A DNA stretch of 63,812 bases, filler included, from Phoronis australis (taxonomy: Eukaryota > Animalia > Phoronida): assembly GCA_002633005.1 (NCBI GenBank). It is 6 parts of 6 records of this genome, joined end to end, with 100 filler letters (N's around TTAATTAATTAA, not from the genome) between each part and the next. Parts side by side here need not be neighbours in the genome. Positions count along the whole stretch, not along the records: positions 13,521 to 36,889 come from NMRA01001214.1; 5 more parts are not named here. One strand, written 5' to 3'. Shown here one piece after another: positions 13,521 to 24,800 of the stretch. Below the pieces are notes generated by a model, which was not told the DNA's origin, did not search any database, and saw nothing but the letters and a program-made list of their open reading frames with translations. Made by a program: the position numbers and the translations under genes. The first letter of the stretch is position 1. Each line of letters opens with the position of its first letter.

Positions 13521-15018
13521 CCCTGTTCTACTAAACTTTGTTCATGGTTTGTTGAACCGCTGTTTTGTGCAGATTTATTGAGATTTGTGTTTAATATGAA
13601 AGGCTGAAGTGAAGCACCTTGGAATTCTTAGGCCAGAGTGTCATACAGTGTAGTATTAATGTATAGTGTATTCGGGACGATCAGATACCGAGGACGCCTG
13701 TGGGTTCAGTCAAATTTAAAGATATATGTTGACCTTAAATTTACACAGTTCAAGCTGTGGAACATGGTTGGTCAATAGCCGATATGCAGATCTGACATTT
13801 TGAGAGCTGCGCCCTCTGGTTCCACGGTGCATCTTGGGATAGACCCGAGTAACGACTTTGCATTATCCTAGAAAAAATGTGTTAAAAGCTTTAATTAGCG
13901 GAATATATACAAAATTTGTATGAAAGTACAAAATAGGGTGAAAACGGGTCAAAAACTGTATTACAAGTATTTATTTGTCCAAATTTGACGCCCTTTGTAT
14001 TTGCATTTCTACAACGTAGCCAACGTTTGAGCGCTGTACTGTTCACGCTGCAAACTCCTCGTTTATGACAGCCCCTGCCATGTTTACTTCGTTCATCGTT
14101 ATTTATAGGCCTACTAAGGTCTCACACACTAGTGCCGACACTTAATTTGCATTCAATAAGCAATAAGCTCTTTGCAAGATTGTGATATTTACAACGCGCT
14201 TTCCTTTTTGGGGAGTGTTTCTCATAGGTGGAGAGCACACCGTTCATTAATGACGTCTAACAGTGTGAAGAACTTGCAGAAAGTGCTTTCCTATAACTGA
14301 ACGCAAAGCAGAATGCTCGGGTCAATCACAGTATGCAACACTTCAACTACTTACTGACATGCAAACTATGTTTCTGCATATGGGCCGTGAACAGCATTAT
14401 TTAGCCACAGTAACGTTACAATTGCGCAAATTGTCTCAATCGGACACCTGAAATCATGTCTGAGGTCCTTTCCCATATGCACACACAAAATAAAACTCCG
14501 CACGTTGTCAAATCTTGTTTAGGTGGTATAATGTTATTTATCTAGGTTATAATTAATAAACTCAATATTTCCTCATGCTTTTGCTGTTTTATTTTTTTCG
14601 GCCACCACCAGGGGGGAGGCCTGGGCCCCCTGGTCCCTCCCCTAAATTCACCCATGGGTAAAGATCATGTGAATAGAACAGAGTGATTCTTTCATAATTC
14701 AGATATGTTTTATAACAAATTCTGTGAAGGTAGAACAGTCCAAGATTATTTAAAGGCGAAGGCAACCTTTTTCCATGTCATTTTGAGCTAAAATAAGGTT
14801 GGTTGGTTATCCTAGACATATTTTCCACTTAATTACAGCTTTTCGTAATTTTATTAATTACTCGTCCGCTATTCCGGAAGTGACGGTTTAGGAGGCAAGC
14901 ATTTCGCGCCAATTTCTTTTCATATAGTCTGACTGTGAGAGCTGCCGAGTCAGTCATTGTTTTACCTTGGTTGAGTTAAGTTCAGTCGTCGTTTGCTTTC
15001 ATTTACTAGTCAGTCAAC

Positions 15019-15810
15019 ATGCCACACTGTTGCTGCGTACCAGGATGTACTAATTATCGGCTCACGCGCGCTTTGGGAGTACCTTTGCATCGCATTCCGA
15101 TGGATGACACACTTCGCCGTACTTGGCCCGTTCTTGTGAAAAACGCAGCGTTACCCGTCCACGCAACGTACAAAGCAGTGGAGATATACCGTGTGTGTGG
15201 GGCAAGCACTTTCTGCCGTCCGATTAGAAAGGGATTTGTACGCTGAACTGATGAAGGTCCCTGCGAAACAACGTCTGAAGAAGGATCCATTCGGTCTGTG
15301 TTGATTTCCAGCAGTACCCTGTCGCCACCCCCGAGAAGTGCGTTTTTGAAGCGAGAAGCCTCGCGAGTTGTGGCCAGTACAGTGACTGGAGCCAGTGGAG
15401 GCACTTCATCTACTATCACCCGTGCCTCCGAACGTACCCCAGAGCGTGCAATTCCTGGAACCAGTAGTGATTCGCCCTGTGCTGTTTTCTCCAGCCCAGA
15501 GCCTCTAAGCAGCCCTGCAGCGATATTGAGTAGTGGGAATGATTACAGGCTCAGTTCGACACCCAGTGAAGAGGACAGTTCGTCGTCCAGTGAACAGATC
15601 GGTGAGCCAAACTTTGATAAGTTTATTGTGGACTTGTCTAAAGTGTTGGAGTTATTTGGAAGGTGCCAGGTGTGTGGCGAGGGAGTCACACGACACGATG
15701 TAAGCAGTTTGGGTGCTCAGGTCACCATCCAGTGGGAGTGTGTCGCGGGACACTCTGGCAAGTGGGACAGTTGTTCCTCTGTCCGTGGTATGCCGGAGGT
15801 CCACTTAACC
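15019..15810 (+). pseudogene. Kolobok THAP-transposase, N-terminal part, frameshifted, no DDE core
   Basis: MPHCCCVPGC..LHRIP..RRTW..RVCG/KHF is a THAP C2CH finger with frameshifts near 15200-15290; then a Ser-rich linker and KFIV..L.ELF.RC..CG...W.C..GH..W.S segment. Confidence 0.8.
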
Positions 15811-16148
15811 ATGTCCAGTAGTGGCTTGGCCTCGTCGAACTCTGAACAGCACAAGTATTCCATTGAGGTAGGCATAACAACGCACACAGTGCATTTGCAC
15901 CAAAATGTGTCACCACGTCTGTCCTCAGTAGCCGCCTCGTTTCTCTCAACAGCTGCCTGTGCCTGTGCGTACTGTGCCTCAAACATGTACCCACCCACTG
16001 AATGTCCGTGAAAAAATTCCTCGTCACCACTGCTGTGAACAAGGTCTCCGTCACTCACACTACTGTCACTGTGATCACCACTGCTGTGAACAAGGTCTCC
16101 GTCACTCACACTACTGTCACTGTGATACGGGTCACCGACTCCAGCCAT
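15810..16148 (-). pseudogene. KolX-like (P2X7 C-terminal-domain-like) Cys-rich protein, truncated
   Basis: MAGVGD..acidic/Ser tract..GYMFEAQY..RRGDTFWCKCTVCVVMPTSMEYLCCSE; YxFEP / WCxCxxC..MPT..E..CC.E pattern. Confidence 0.78.
16024..16125. repeat. Perfect 2 x 51-bp tandem duplication inside KolX (HSDSSVSDGDLVHSSGD x2)
   Basis: Identical 51-mers at 16024-16074 and 16075-16125. Confidence 0.95.
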
Positions 16149-16529
16149 TTTCAGCTTACAACACACTAAACAATCCCTAAAACCAACGGTAGTTGAGTTC
16201 TCTACTAACCTATCTTGCCGCAGAATACTCGCTGATGGAAAGTGGTGGCGACAATTGTTGAAAAACAGCACAAAACAAAAGTATAATAGAACAGATTCGC
16301 ACGGTTAAGTCAACGCAAAACCAAGTGGCGGGAAACGCTTGTCTCCTAAATTGTCACTTCCGGAGTTGCGGACGAGTAATTTATAAAATTACGAAAAGCT
16401 GTAATTAAGTGGAAAATATCTCTAGGATGACCAACCATCCTTATTTTAGCTTTAAATGACATGGAAAAAGGTTGCCTTCGCCTTTAAAACCTTGCATGGC
16501 AAAACTGTGGACCAAAGAAAATATGTATG

Positions 16530-17919
16530 CAGGGCTCGATATAACGAGCTGCAGGTCGCATTTGCGACCTGAAATTTGGAAATGCAAGCTGAGATTTTGG
16601 CCAGCTCGCATTAAGTCGCAAAATGCGACCTGAAATTTCCAACGTGTGCGAGCTGAGTTTTAAAACTTCACGGCAGATACCTGGGAAATATAGAGCAACT
16701 CGGGTGATTCCGACTGTTATTTGGTTGTTGCCAAATCAAGTTCAAAAGAACATTCATTGAGAAAAGCGCTCCCGATGACTTGTAAACATGTCGCATGAAC
16801 AAGGGAATGCAAAATTGATCTTTGACGCATTTTATTGACCAATACTTTTGGCTTTTTGCAAATTTCCGGATGTGCCGAAGAAAGTTTCGGACCTCGGAAT
16901 AACACGTCATAATACGTCAGAAAGCAGCGGTGTTTCTACTAATTCTTAAACGACGAAATTAATAACCTTAGTGGTGGAAGAACATTTATTTTTCATGTAA
17001 GGTGTCCTTAATATCAAATTACGGCAACACCCACGACAATATGCCTGATTGCACTGCGGCACTGGTCGGTTCCACTGTTAGCGCTGGAAAGCGGTCCCGG
17101 CAGACGATCGTCATGACTTGGAAAAATGAGTCTCGTTTTTTATCGCGAAAGACAGCAAATGTGAAAATGACTTCCGAATTAATCGCCAAACGACTGGCAT
17201 GCCTTTACGCGCTTTCGGCAGAATACGGTAGAAAGCCGCACCGTCGGAAATCATTTCGAGGCTTTTTATTTCATGGAAAACTAATTGACTACGTACCGGT
17301 AAACAGTTTGTGTTGTGAAATTTGCAGTGAATTGTTTCCGCGTATCAATATGTCATTCAGCGAGAAGGGCAACGTTTCACGAATTTCTTCCGACAGGATG
17401 TTTTTTCAAATGTCAAGTTGAAAAGTTTGGCCTGCGAACAAATGGAAGGAATTCGCACTCAGAGTTATCAATCTTTGGATCTTTAACGACTTTGATGACA
17501 GTCCTAGAAAAGTCGCGGATACTTTTTCAACGAGTATTTTCTTCTTTTTCACGTCGCACACTTAGCTAATCGAATGCATGTGTCGGTTAGAGAGCACTGA
17601 TTTAACTTTCACGTCGGCAACTGCCTTTCGCTCCAGGGTCTTTCACTGGATGGCGCCAGTGAAGAATGGTAATGCGGTGCATGCATGATATGCTTGTAAG
17701 AACTCAGTTTTGCGACATGAAATTTGTGAGTATTTAACGTCGTAAGAGCATAATATAGGCATTTTTTGATGACGTAAAAGCCAATTTTGGTCCGTAAAAA
17801 TGGCGGGAAATCTTCGCGATCTGGAATTTATGAATGCGAGCTGAATTTTGAAAATGCGACCTAGGATTTTGGCTTGGTCGCAGAATGCGACCTGGCGATT
17901 TTCATAGCATCGAGCCCTG
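16530..17919. mobile_element. Non-autonomous hAT-type element with 5-bp TSD (hAT5-like)
   Basis: TIR CAGGGCTCGAT...ATCGAGCCCTG; GTATG flanks both ends; subterminal TGCGACC/GGTCGCA motifs. Confidence 0.8.
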
Positions 17920-18246
17920 GTATGGGAACTTTAACTGGTTGCCCTGATTTACTTACACTCATTGAATTTTGAGGTTTGTGACTGTATTGGCCTGTAAATA
18001 GGTAAGAATTCTATCGTTTACCAGTTAATTAGGTTCCTGCTGTTTCATCTTGAACTTGTTGCAGAATTGCTGGATCATGCCCCATGTAGCACCAATCAAG
18101 CAGATCTGTTCATATTCACCACAAACTTCAAAACGTGAATAAGTCAATTAGCAGCAGTTGAATCTTTTCACTGAAGCAATCAGCAAGCTCCATTTGGTCC
18201 GTTATGTTATCGTGTTAGGAACTCATTTTTTGCATTAAAAACAAAC

Positions 18247-20650
18247 GAGAGCGCTCGGAGGAGTGACACTTGGCGAAATTACGCGAAAACAGGACGATGG
18301 GGATGACGACGATGACGATCATGACGATGAAGGCAGAGATTATGAACAACACTATAACATTCATGCGATTAGCGAAGAAATCAGTAAGAAATAGGCTGCA
18401 GTCTTGTTCAATAGCCGGTAAACTGACAACAGTGCGAGAGCGCTCGGAGGAGTGACACTTGGCGAAGTTAACCGAAAAGACAACGATGGAGATGAAGACG
18501 ACGATGGATGATTGTGATGATGATAGTGGGGATTATGAGCAACACGATAACATTCATATGATTAGCGAAGATGTCAGAAATCTGTAAGAAATAGGCTGCT
18601 GTCTTGTTCAGTAAACCAACCACTGTGCAGCAAAGAGGTCAACAAAGGAACAGCGTTATCGGGAAATCTACAATAATTCAAAAAGTTAAGACTTCCTAGC
18701 GAAAAATGAAAAATATCTTATGAAAGCCAGTTAAAACTCTATCGAACTGTACAGATTTCTGATCGGTTAATATACACAGCAAGAAAATCCCGGCACACAA
18801 AACTATTTGCAAAAAAACGCCAAATTTGACAATTTTCTCCCCGAAATAACCACTTCCCTGCAAGTGCTAGAAACAGATTCAGAATGCTCGTCCTCACTAG
18901 ATTCTAACTATGTGGTCATGGTAAGCCTCTTACCAGCTAGTTTTTTGGCAAATTTGATCTGTCTAACAGCCACCTGAAATCGCACCCGGTTTCTCGGACA
19001 GCAGACGACAGGGGTTGATAGCAAATAACAGCCACCAGTTTGCATCAAAAGTAGGTAAAACTTGGCTTTTCTCATTCAAAAACGCAAGCAAATAAATTTC
19101 CTGGCAATTGTTGTCAATTTCATCAAACCACCCGCCAAACCTGACACACACCCTCAACATAAATTCTAGGGACTAGAAAATGCTCCGTGGCCGCGGCCTG
19201 ACTGTTCAGTGTTACCTACAGTCTTGAGCGACAATAGGAAAAATTAACGACGATGATGATTGTGATGATGAAAGTGGCGATGATGAACAACATCATAACA
19301 TTAATACGACGAACTTAAATGTCATAAATTAGTAAGAAATAAGCTACAGTCTTGTTCAAATAAACTAAACCAACATCAATGCAGTAAGAGTGCTCAACAA
19401 AGGAACAGCGCTATCAGAAAATCTCAAATAATCCAAAAAGTAGACATCCTAGCGAAAAATGGAAAACATCTTCTGAAAGACCGTTCCAAACTCTATCTAA
19501 ATTGATAGTTTCGCAACATTCCATAATTTTTTTGAAAAAATTGAAATTTTGCGTTTTTTTTTTTTAAATTTAAAGTCAAATAACTCGAAAACGGTAAGTC
19601 TGAGGAAAACGTTATCGTAGAACTTTTGAAAGAGCATACTTCAAAGAATCCACATGCAAAAATTCACGTCGTTTGCTCTTTCCGTTAAAAATGTGACCAT
19701 AGAACGATTGAAAACGGTTCAAAATGCGCCAGAGCCGCCATATTGAAAAATGCGGCCTCTATGAGCAATGTCTTCATGGTCTTGTTCAACAGAAGTTAGA
19801 CCAACATCAGTGCAGCAAGAGCTGTCAACAAAGGAACAGCGCTATCAGAAAATCTCGAATAATTCAAAAGTAGACGTCGTAGCGAAAGATGGAAAGTATC
19901 TTCTGAAAGTCTGTCCAAAATTCTATCTAAATTGATAGTTTTGCAACATGCCATAAATTTTTTGAAAAAATTGAAATTTTGCGTTTTTTAAATTCGGAGT
20001 CAAATAACTCGAAAACGGTAAGTTTGAGAAAAACATTATCCAGAGCTTTTGAAAGAGCATACTTCAAGGAATCCACATGCAAAAATTCACGTCATTTGCT
20101 CTTCCCGTTAAAAATGGGACAGCAGAACGATTGAAAATGGGTGAAAGTGCGCCAGATCCGCCATCTTGAAAGTGACTTCCGGTTAAACAAAATTTTTGTA
20201 AAAGCTAATCAATAGCAACAAACACGTAACCAGTTTGAAAGTGACTGGTTCGCCAATGCGCCCTCTACAGGAGAGAACGTTTTTGGCCAGATATCGAGGT
20301 GCGCATGCGCCATTGTCAATATTTCCGCCATCTTTAACCGGAAGTCAACGTTTTTCGGCACAGTTGTAGCACATGTGTTCTATAATAATCGTACCAAGTT
20401 TCAGCTCTGTACGTCAAAAAATGCGGCCTCTATGAGCATTTGAATGTGAAATCGGAAACAAAATGGCCGCCACATCCGCCATTTTGAATCCGATCAAGAC
20501 AAAAAACAATAGGCTTCCAGGACTTTCCAATCTACACGTCGTGTACAAATTTCGTGAGAATCGGACAAAAATTGCGACATGTACGAACAAACAAACAAAA
20601 ACTTTATGTCAGACCAACATACTTGGCGGAATTTTAATTCCGCCAAGTAA
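18247..20650 (+). mobile_element. Composite Helentron/HINE-like repeat with internal duplications
   Basis: Duplicated blocks (18247 vs 18436; ~19330-19750 vs ~19780-20170), GAT/GAC triplet tracts, (AAAC)n, and a terminal 14-bp hairpin TACTTGGCGGAATT-tt-AATTCCGCCAAGTA at 20620-20649. Confidence 0.55.
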
Positions 20651-21628
20651 AAAGTCAAAACTACCCAAAACATGAACCAAAACAATGGTGACACTACATG
20701 GGGCTTCAAATGCCAACAAGAGAAAGAATTATCATTCATGATTGTATGAAGTCCGCAGTCTGTGCTGCCTTGTAACCTAGCTACATTTTCCAACTGGTGA
20801 GTGAATGATTCCCACCCAATGACAATTGGTTTCTCTGTACACAACTGCTCAAACAGACCACGACTTTGCCCAATTGTCCTAATACTCCACTATGAATCCG
20901 ATCAGTTCTTAATTGGGAATAACCTATTGCGACTTGAACTACTGAAATTGGGTATTTCTGAAATTCTGACCTGAGAATTACCTTAGTGGGATGGGTCGAA
21001 CTTTGACACATCTGGGACTTATGATGGGTAAAAGTGCTTTGCCTTTACCTGAAATTACCTCTGCCACATTTTTTACTTTACAACTTGCCTGCTGTGACCC
21101 ATTGGTTGATATGTTGAGTCAATCGCCATTATTAGTAGCATTCTTTAATTGGGCTAGCTTCACCGTCTCGCCATAGCACCTAAATATTTGCTGAGAAACT
21201 TAGTGATATGTAATGAGTTTCTTTTACGGATGTTTATAGAAGGTAAGTTCTTGGTAAGAAACTTTCTATGTTTGGGACTAGACAGGTTGAGTCCACGAAA
21301 AAGTCTTTTTCTTGAAGTGCAGTAAATGAGTGAAGAAGTATACTAGTTGTAATCACCCATGCAATCTGTGAAGGACGGTGGTGGATTAACTATCAAAGCT
21401 AAATAAGCTATAAGTAAGGGTCCCACACAAAATAGCTGCCCGTCTCATTATCATAGGAACCCGTCAAAAGTTGTGCTGAATGGGGGAGGGTAGTTGTAGC
21501 CACTGGTGGGAAAGTTGTGATGATCATGGCCTAGACTTTTTATACATTTGGCTCCTGAGAAACTTTTCAGCACTCGTAGGGAGGAAGACTGACCTTGAAT
21601 AACTGAATTTGTCCAATTATTTTGACAG

Positions 21629-21840
21629 ATGGCTTGTGCAGCTTCGCAGACGCCGGGACTTACTCAAGACAAGCAAGGACTCGAGCAAAAAGTTGAATGT
21701 CGTGTCATAGAAAGTAAAGACCTTGCTTTCAAGGACGATGACTTTGTGGGGGCTGGGGGCCATGCAGGAGTCTACAAGGCAAAATTTAAAGGCATTGATG
21801 TTGCTTTCAAAGTCATTGATCGCCACAAATTCACTAAAGC
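21629..21840 (+). CDS. Kinase exon 1 (subdomains I-II)
   Basis: ttttgacag|ATG; FVGAGGHAGVYKAKFKGIDVAFK; gc|gtatgt. Confidence 0.88.
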
Positions 21841-24800
21841 GTATGTAATAGAAAATTATACTAAAGAGGTGTCACTGTTTTACTTTTATAAAATGTTGGA
21901 AATAAAATGGGTTTCTGTAACACTTGTGAAGCCATTCGGATCATCTTGAATATTTTTGCAGCCTCTAATTATCTCTTGGAGGTGTTTTGTAGCTGTGCAT
22001 ATGCGAACTTCAATCATTAACAGCAAGTCATGCGAATAAAAATTAAGAATACCGTCGGATTCCACTCAGATAACTGTGCATTAGAAGATTGTAGGATGAT
22101 GATGGCTTGTACAGAGATATGGGCCATACTAAAAGAAAGTGAGCAATTCAAAGATAATCTTTCTTTTGAAAACAAAAGATCGTGTCGCTTCAATAGGGTT
22201 TTCCTGGATTACTCAGTGGCTCTCAAATCTTGTTGTTTTAACCCATAATTCCGCAATATCCATTAAGCACTTTTGTATTTTACGTCATTTGGAGTTCCAC
22301 ATGTTCTTTGTTGGTGTTGTATTCTTTATGCATTGCTCTATGCATCCTTCCTGGTGCATTGTGGGTTGCAATTCTGATGGGAATATACCCATCGCCTTAA
22401 TATTTGGCTGTCCGGGTATTTGCTCGATATCTCAAAATCCCCTTGTCAGATTTTGATGAAATTTGGTAGAGCACCACTTAAACGATATTACCATACTCAT
22501 CTGGGTGCACGCTCATGTTCGGTGTAAACCCATCTCCAAAATTCCAAAATTTACACTTTTGGACCATCTTGCTCAAAACAGCACCTATACCTTGATTAGT
22601 AATGCTTACCGGTGGGTTTTTGAGTTTCCCAATTTAAGCACTATAACAGTTAACTGGGATAATATATTGTGTCCATGATATCTGGAACCAGTGTTTACTG
22701 TTGATGTAATATGTCATTTTAGGCAGAAGAGGCAGATTTTGGCTTGGAAGGAGGCCAAGAACATGTTTGCTGTTCAGAAGTCGAGCATAGTGAAGTTTTA
22801 TGGGCTTGTTCTGGGTACAGACAAAGAAGAATATGGTGTTGTTATGGAGTGGATGGAACGTGGCTCTTTGGAAGACTTGTCAAAGAAGGTGAACATACCA
22901 TGTGGTCTCAAGGTAAATAACATTTCTTCATTTTTCTAAAACAAACAGCACAGCGACTAATAAGTAAAGGATAGCGTTTAACATAAGTATAATATATTCC
23001 CTATACAGTCGTACGTGGTTTGTTCCACTTCTCTTAATGTTGCAAACATTGCAACAGAATTTCATAATGTGTTATTGAATGTAGGTCAAGGTGTGCTAAC
23101 TAAAACTGCCGTCTCGAAGGCATTTCGCTTCGCTTATCTAGATAAACAATATCGAATCGAGCCTTTTACTCTCATAAAATTTATCTTCTGATTTTCCTTA
23201 CCAATGATAGGATTGCATTTCTGTTACAAACAAGAACAGTAATACCATCAGTATCTCAAAAAAAAAATTCATTCTGTTGGCCAACTCTAAAATTCTGAAT
23301 TTGATAGTGATGTATGTTTTTTGATGGTTTGTGCATAAAAATAGGCTGCCATAGGCATTTGCCTAGTGTCAAACTAGTCCTATAAAGGGTGTAGTGATTA
23401 AAAATGGGATGTGTGTAACAAGTGATTGACTGTAAACATGAATAAAGCCTTTGTGGTTGACATGCGGATGAAGACTTTCAAAGATGAGATCGAAAATGAC
23501 AATTTTGCCTTCTGTTAAACTGAATCCAAATTTTCATAAAGTTTTGAAGGAAAACTCTAAAGACTAAGACTAAGTAATCAAAGATTCAAATTTCAATGTT
23601 TGTACCTGCCCTTAAGCAACTATTTCTCAATTTGAAACCATGTACCTTGTGTTGGAGTTGGTAGCAGGATAACGGGAATGGAATCGTGTTTGATGTTACA
23701 AGAATTCGTTCCAAAAAAGTGACTCGGCGCAGACAAATTTTAAACTTATGTGGATTTTAAGATAAAACTTATTATATAATAAGTCTGTTCCAAGAAAGTG
23801 AATCTTAAGTTTGATTTAAGTTTTTGATTTATAATTTGTCTTAACTGTTGTATCGTATGTGGAGGTTTCAAAGTTTGTAGGTTGAGACAATCTTGGTCTA
23901 AAGTAAAAATGACCGAAGTTGGTTTCTTGGAACACGTCCCAGATCCTTATTGCAATGATCTCAATATTGCACTGAATAATTCTTGTCAGATCTTCAACAC
24001 ATCATGTGTCTGAATGAAGATCTCTGATGCTTTTGATTTTTCACCAGGTCCACATGATGTTGGATGTCTCAGATGCTTTGAAGTATCTCCATGGCATTGG
24101 GCTAATTCATGCTGATGTCAAGTTAGCAAATATTCTCATCAATGTTAAATGCGAAGCAAAGGTATGGCCAATAATCAGTGTTGAAGATTACCGATAGTAA
24201 AAATTCTTCAGTTAAGGGGACGATGATGCCATTACATTTTCGGATGGATTGGAAAGATTTTACCCCACCTTGTAACCATTTTTTGTTATTATTGGGTACG
24301 CTTTCCAGCATCCGCCTCTATATCTGTCAACCGCTCACGTGATCATTTTGATAATTTACAGGACTGTATTCCCGATGTGAAGGTCACTGACTGACCTTGA
24401 CTTTTGGATGGTTCCAAACTACTGTGTCATCGTTAGTGGTGATTTTGTTGTTTTTTCTGCGTCTGCGGCCAAATCTCGGTTACCCTTTCAAGGACTAAGC
24501 TTTGCGAAATTTGAAAGATGTGTTCCTATGGAGACAACAACAAACGATAAGGAGTGCCAAACTGATCCAAGTACCACAACGCCTCCTAGTGGCAAAACGT
24601 TTTTTAGCATTTGCCTCTGCATCTTCAGAGTTCATTGAATGTATTTTCATGAAATTTGTGAAATATTATTCTATCAAGGAGACAACAACGCCTTCCCATT
24701 TTCGGACATGTTTGATTTTTGTGTGTCATCTGGTGGCCAATTAAAAATATTTGTTAGCATTTTTAATGTTTACTTCTCTATCTGCCAAATCACTCAAAGG

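Larger units (their letters stand above)
14754..16483 (+). mobile_element. Kolobok DNA transposon, internally deleted (non-autonomous)
   Basis: TTAA on both sides (14750-53, 16484-87); ends AGGCGAAGGCAACC...GGTTGCCTTCGCCT; ~160-bp imperfect TIRs; convergent THAP-transposase and KolX-like ORFs. Confidence 0.87.

Noticed and set aside
13008-13525. One complete hAT element spanning the gap (CAGGG...CCCTG)
   Set aside because: Flanks do not form a 5- or 8-bp TSD and a linker intervenes; probably ends of different copies.
15717-16011. Overlapping sense/antisense genes
   Set aside because: By-product of the Kolobok internal deletion; each frame runs into the other gene's antisense strand.
12548-21840. 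Fusion of NRF extracellular domain exons to the kinase-CARD exons as a novel receptor kinase
   Set aside because: NRF exon 4 ends in phase 2 while the kinase exon starts in phase 0, no transmembrane exon was found, and an artificial linker (13421-13520) separates them.
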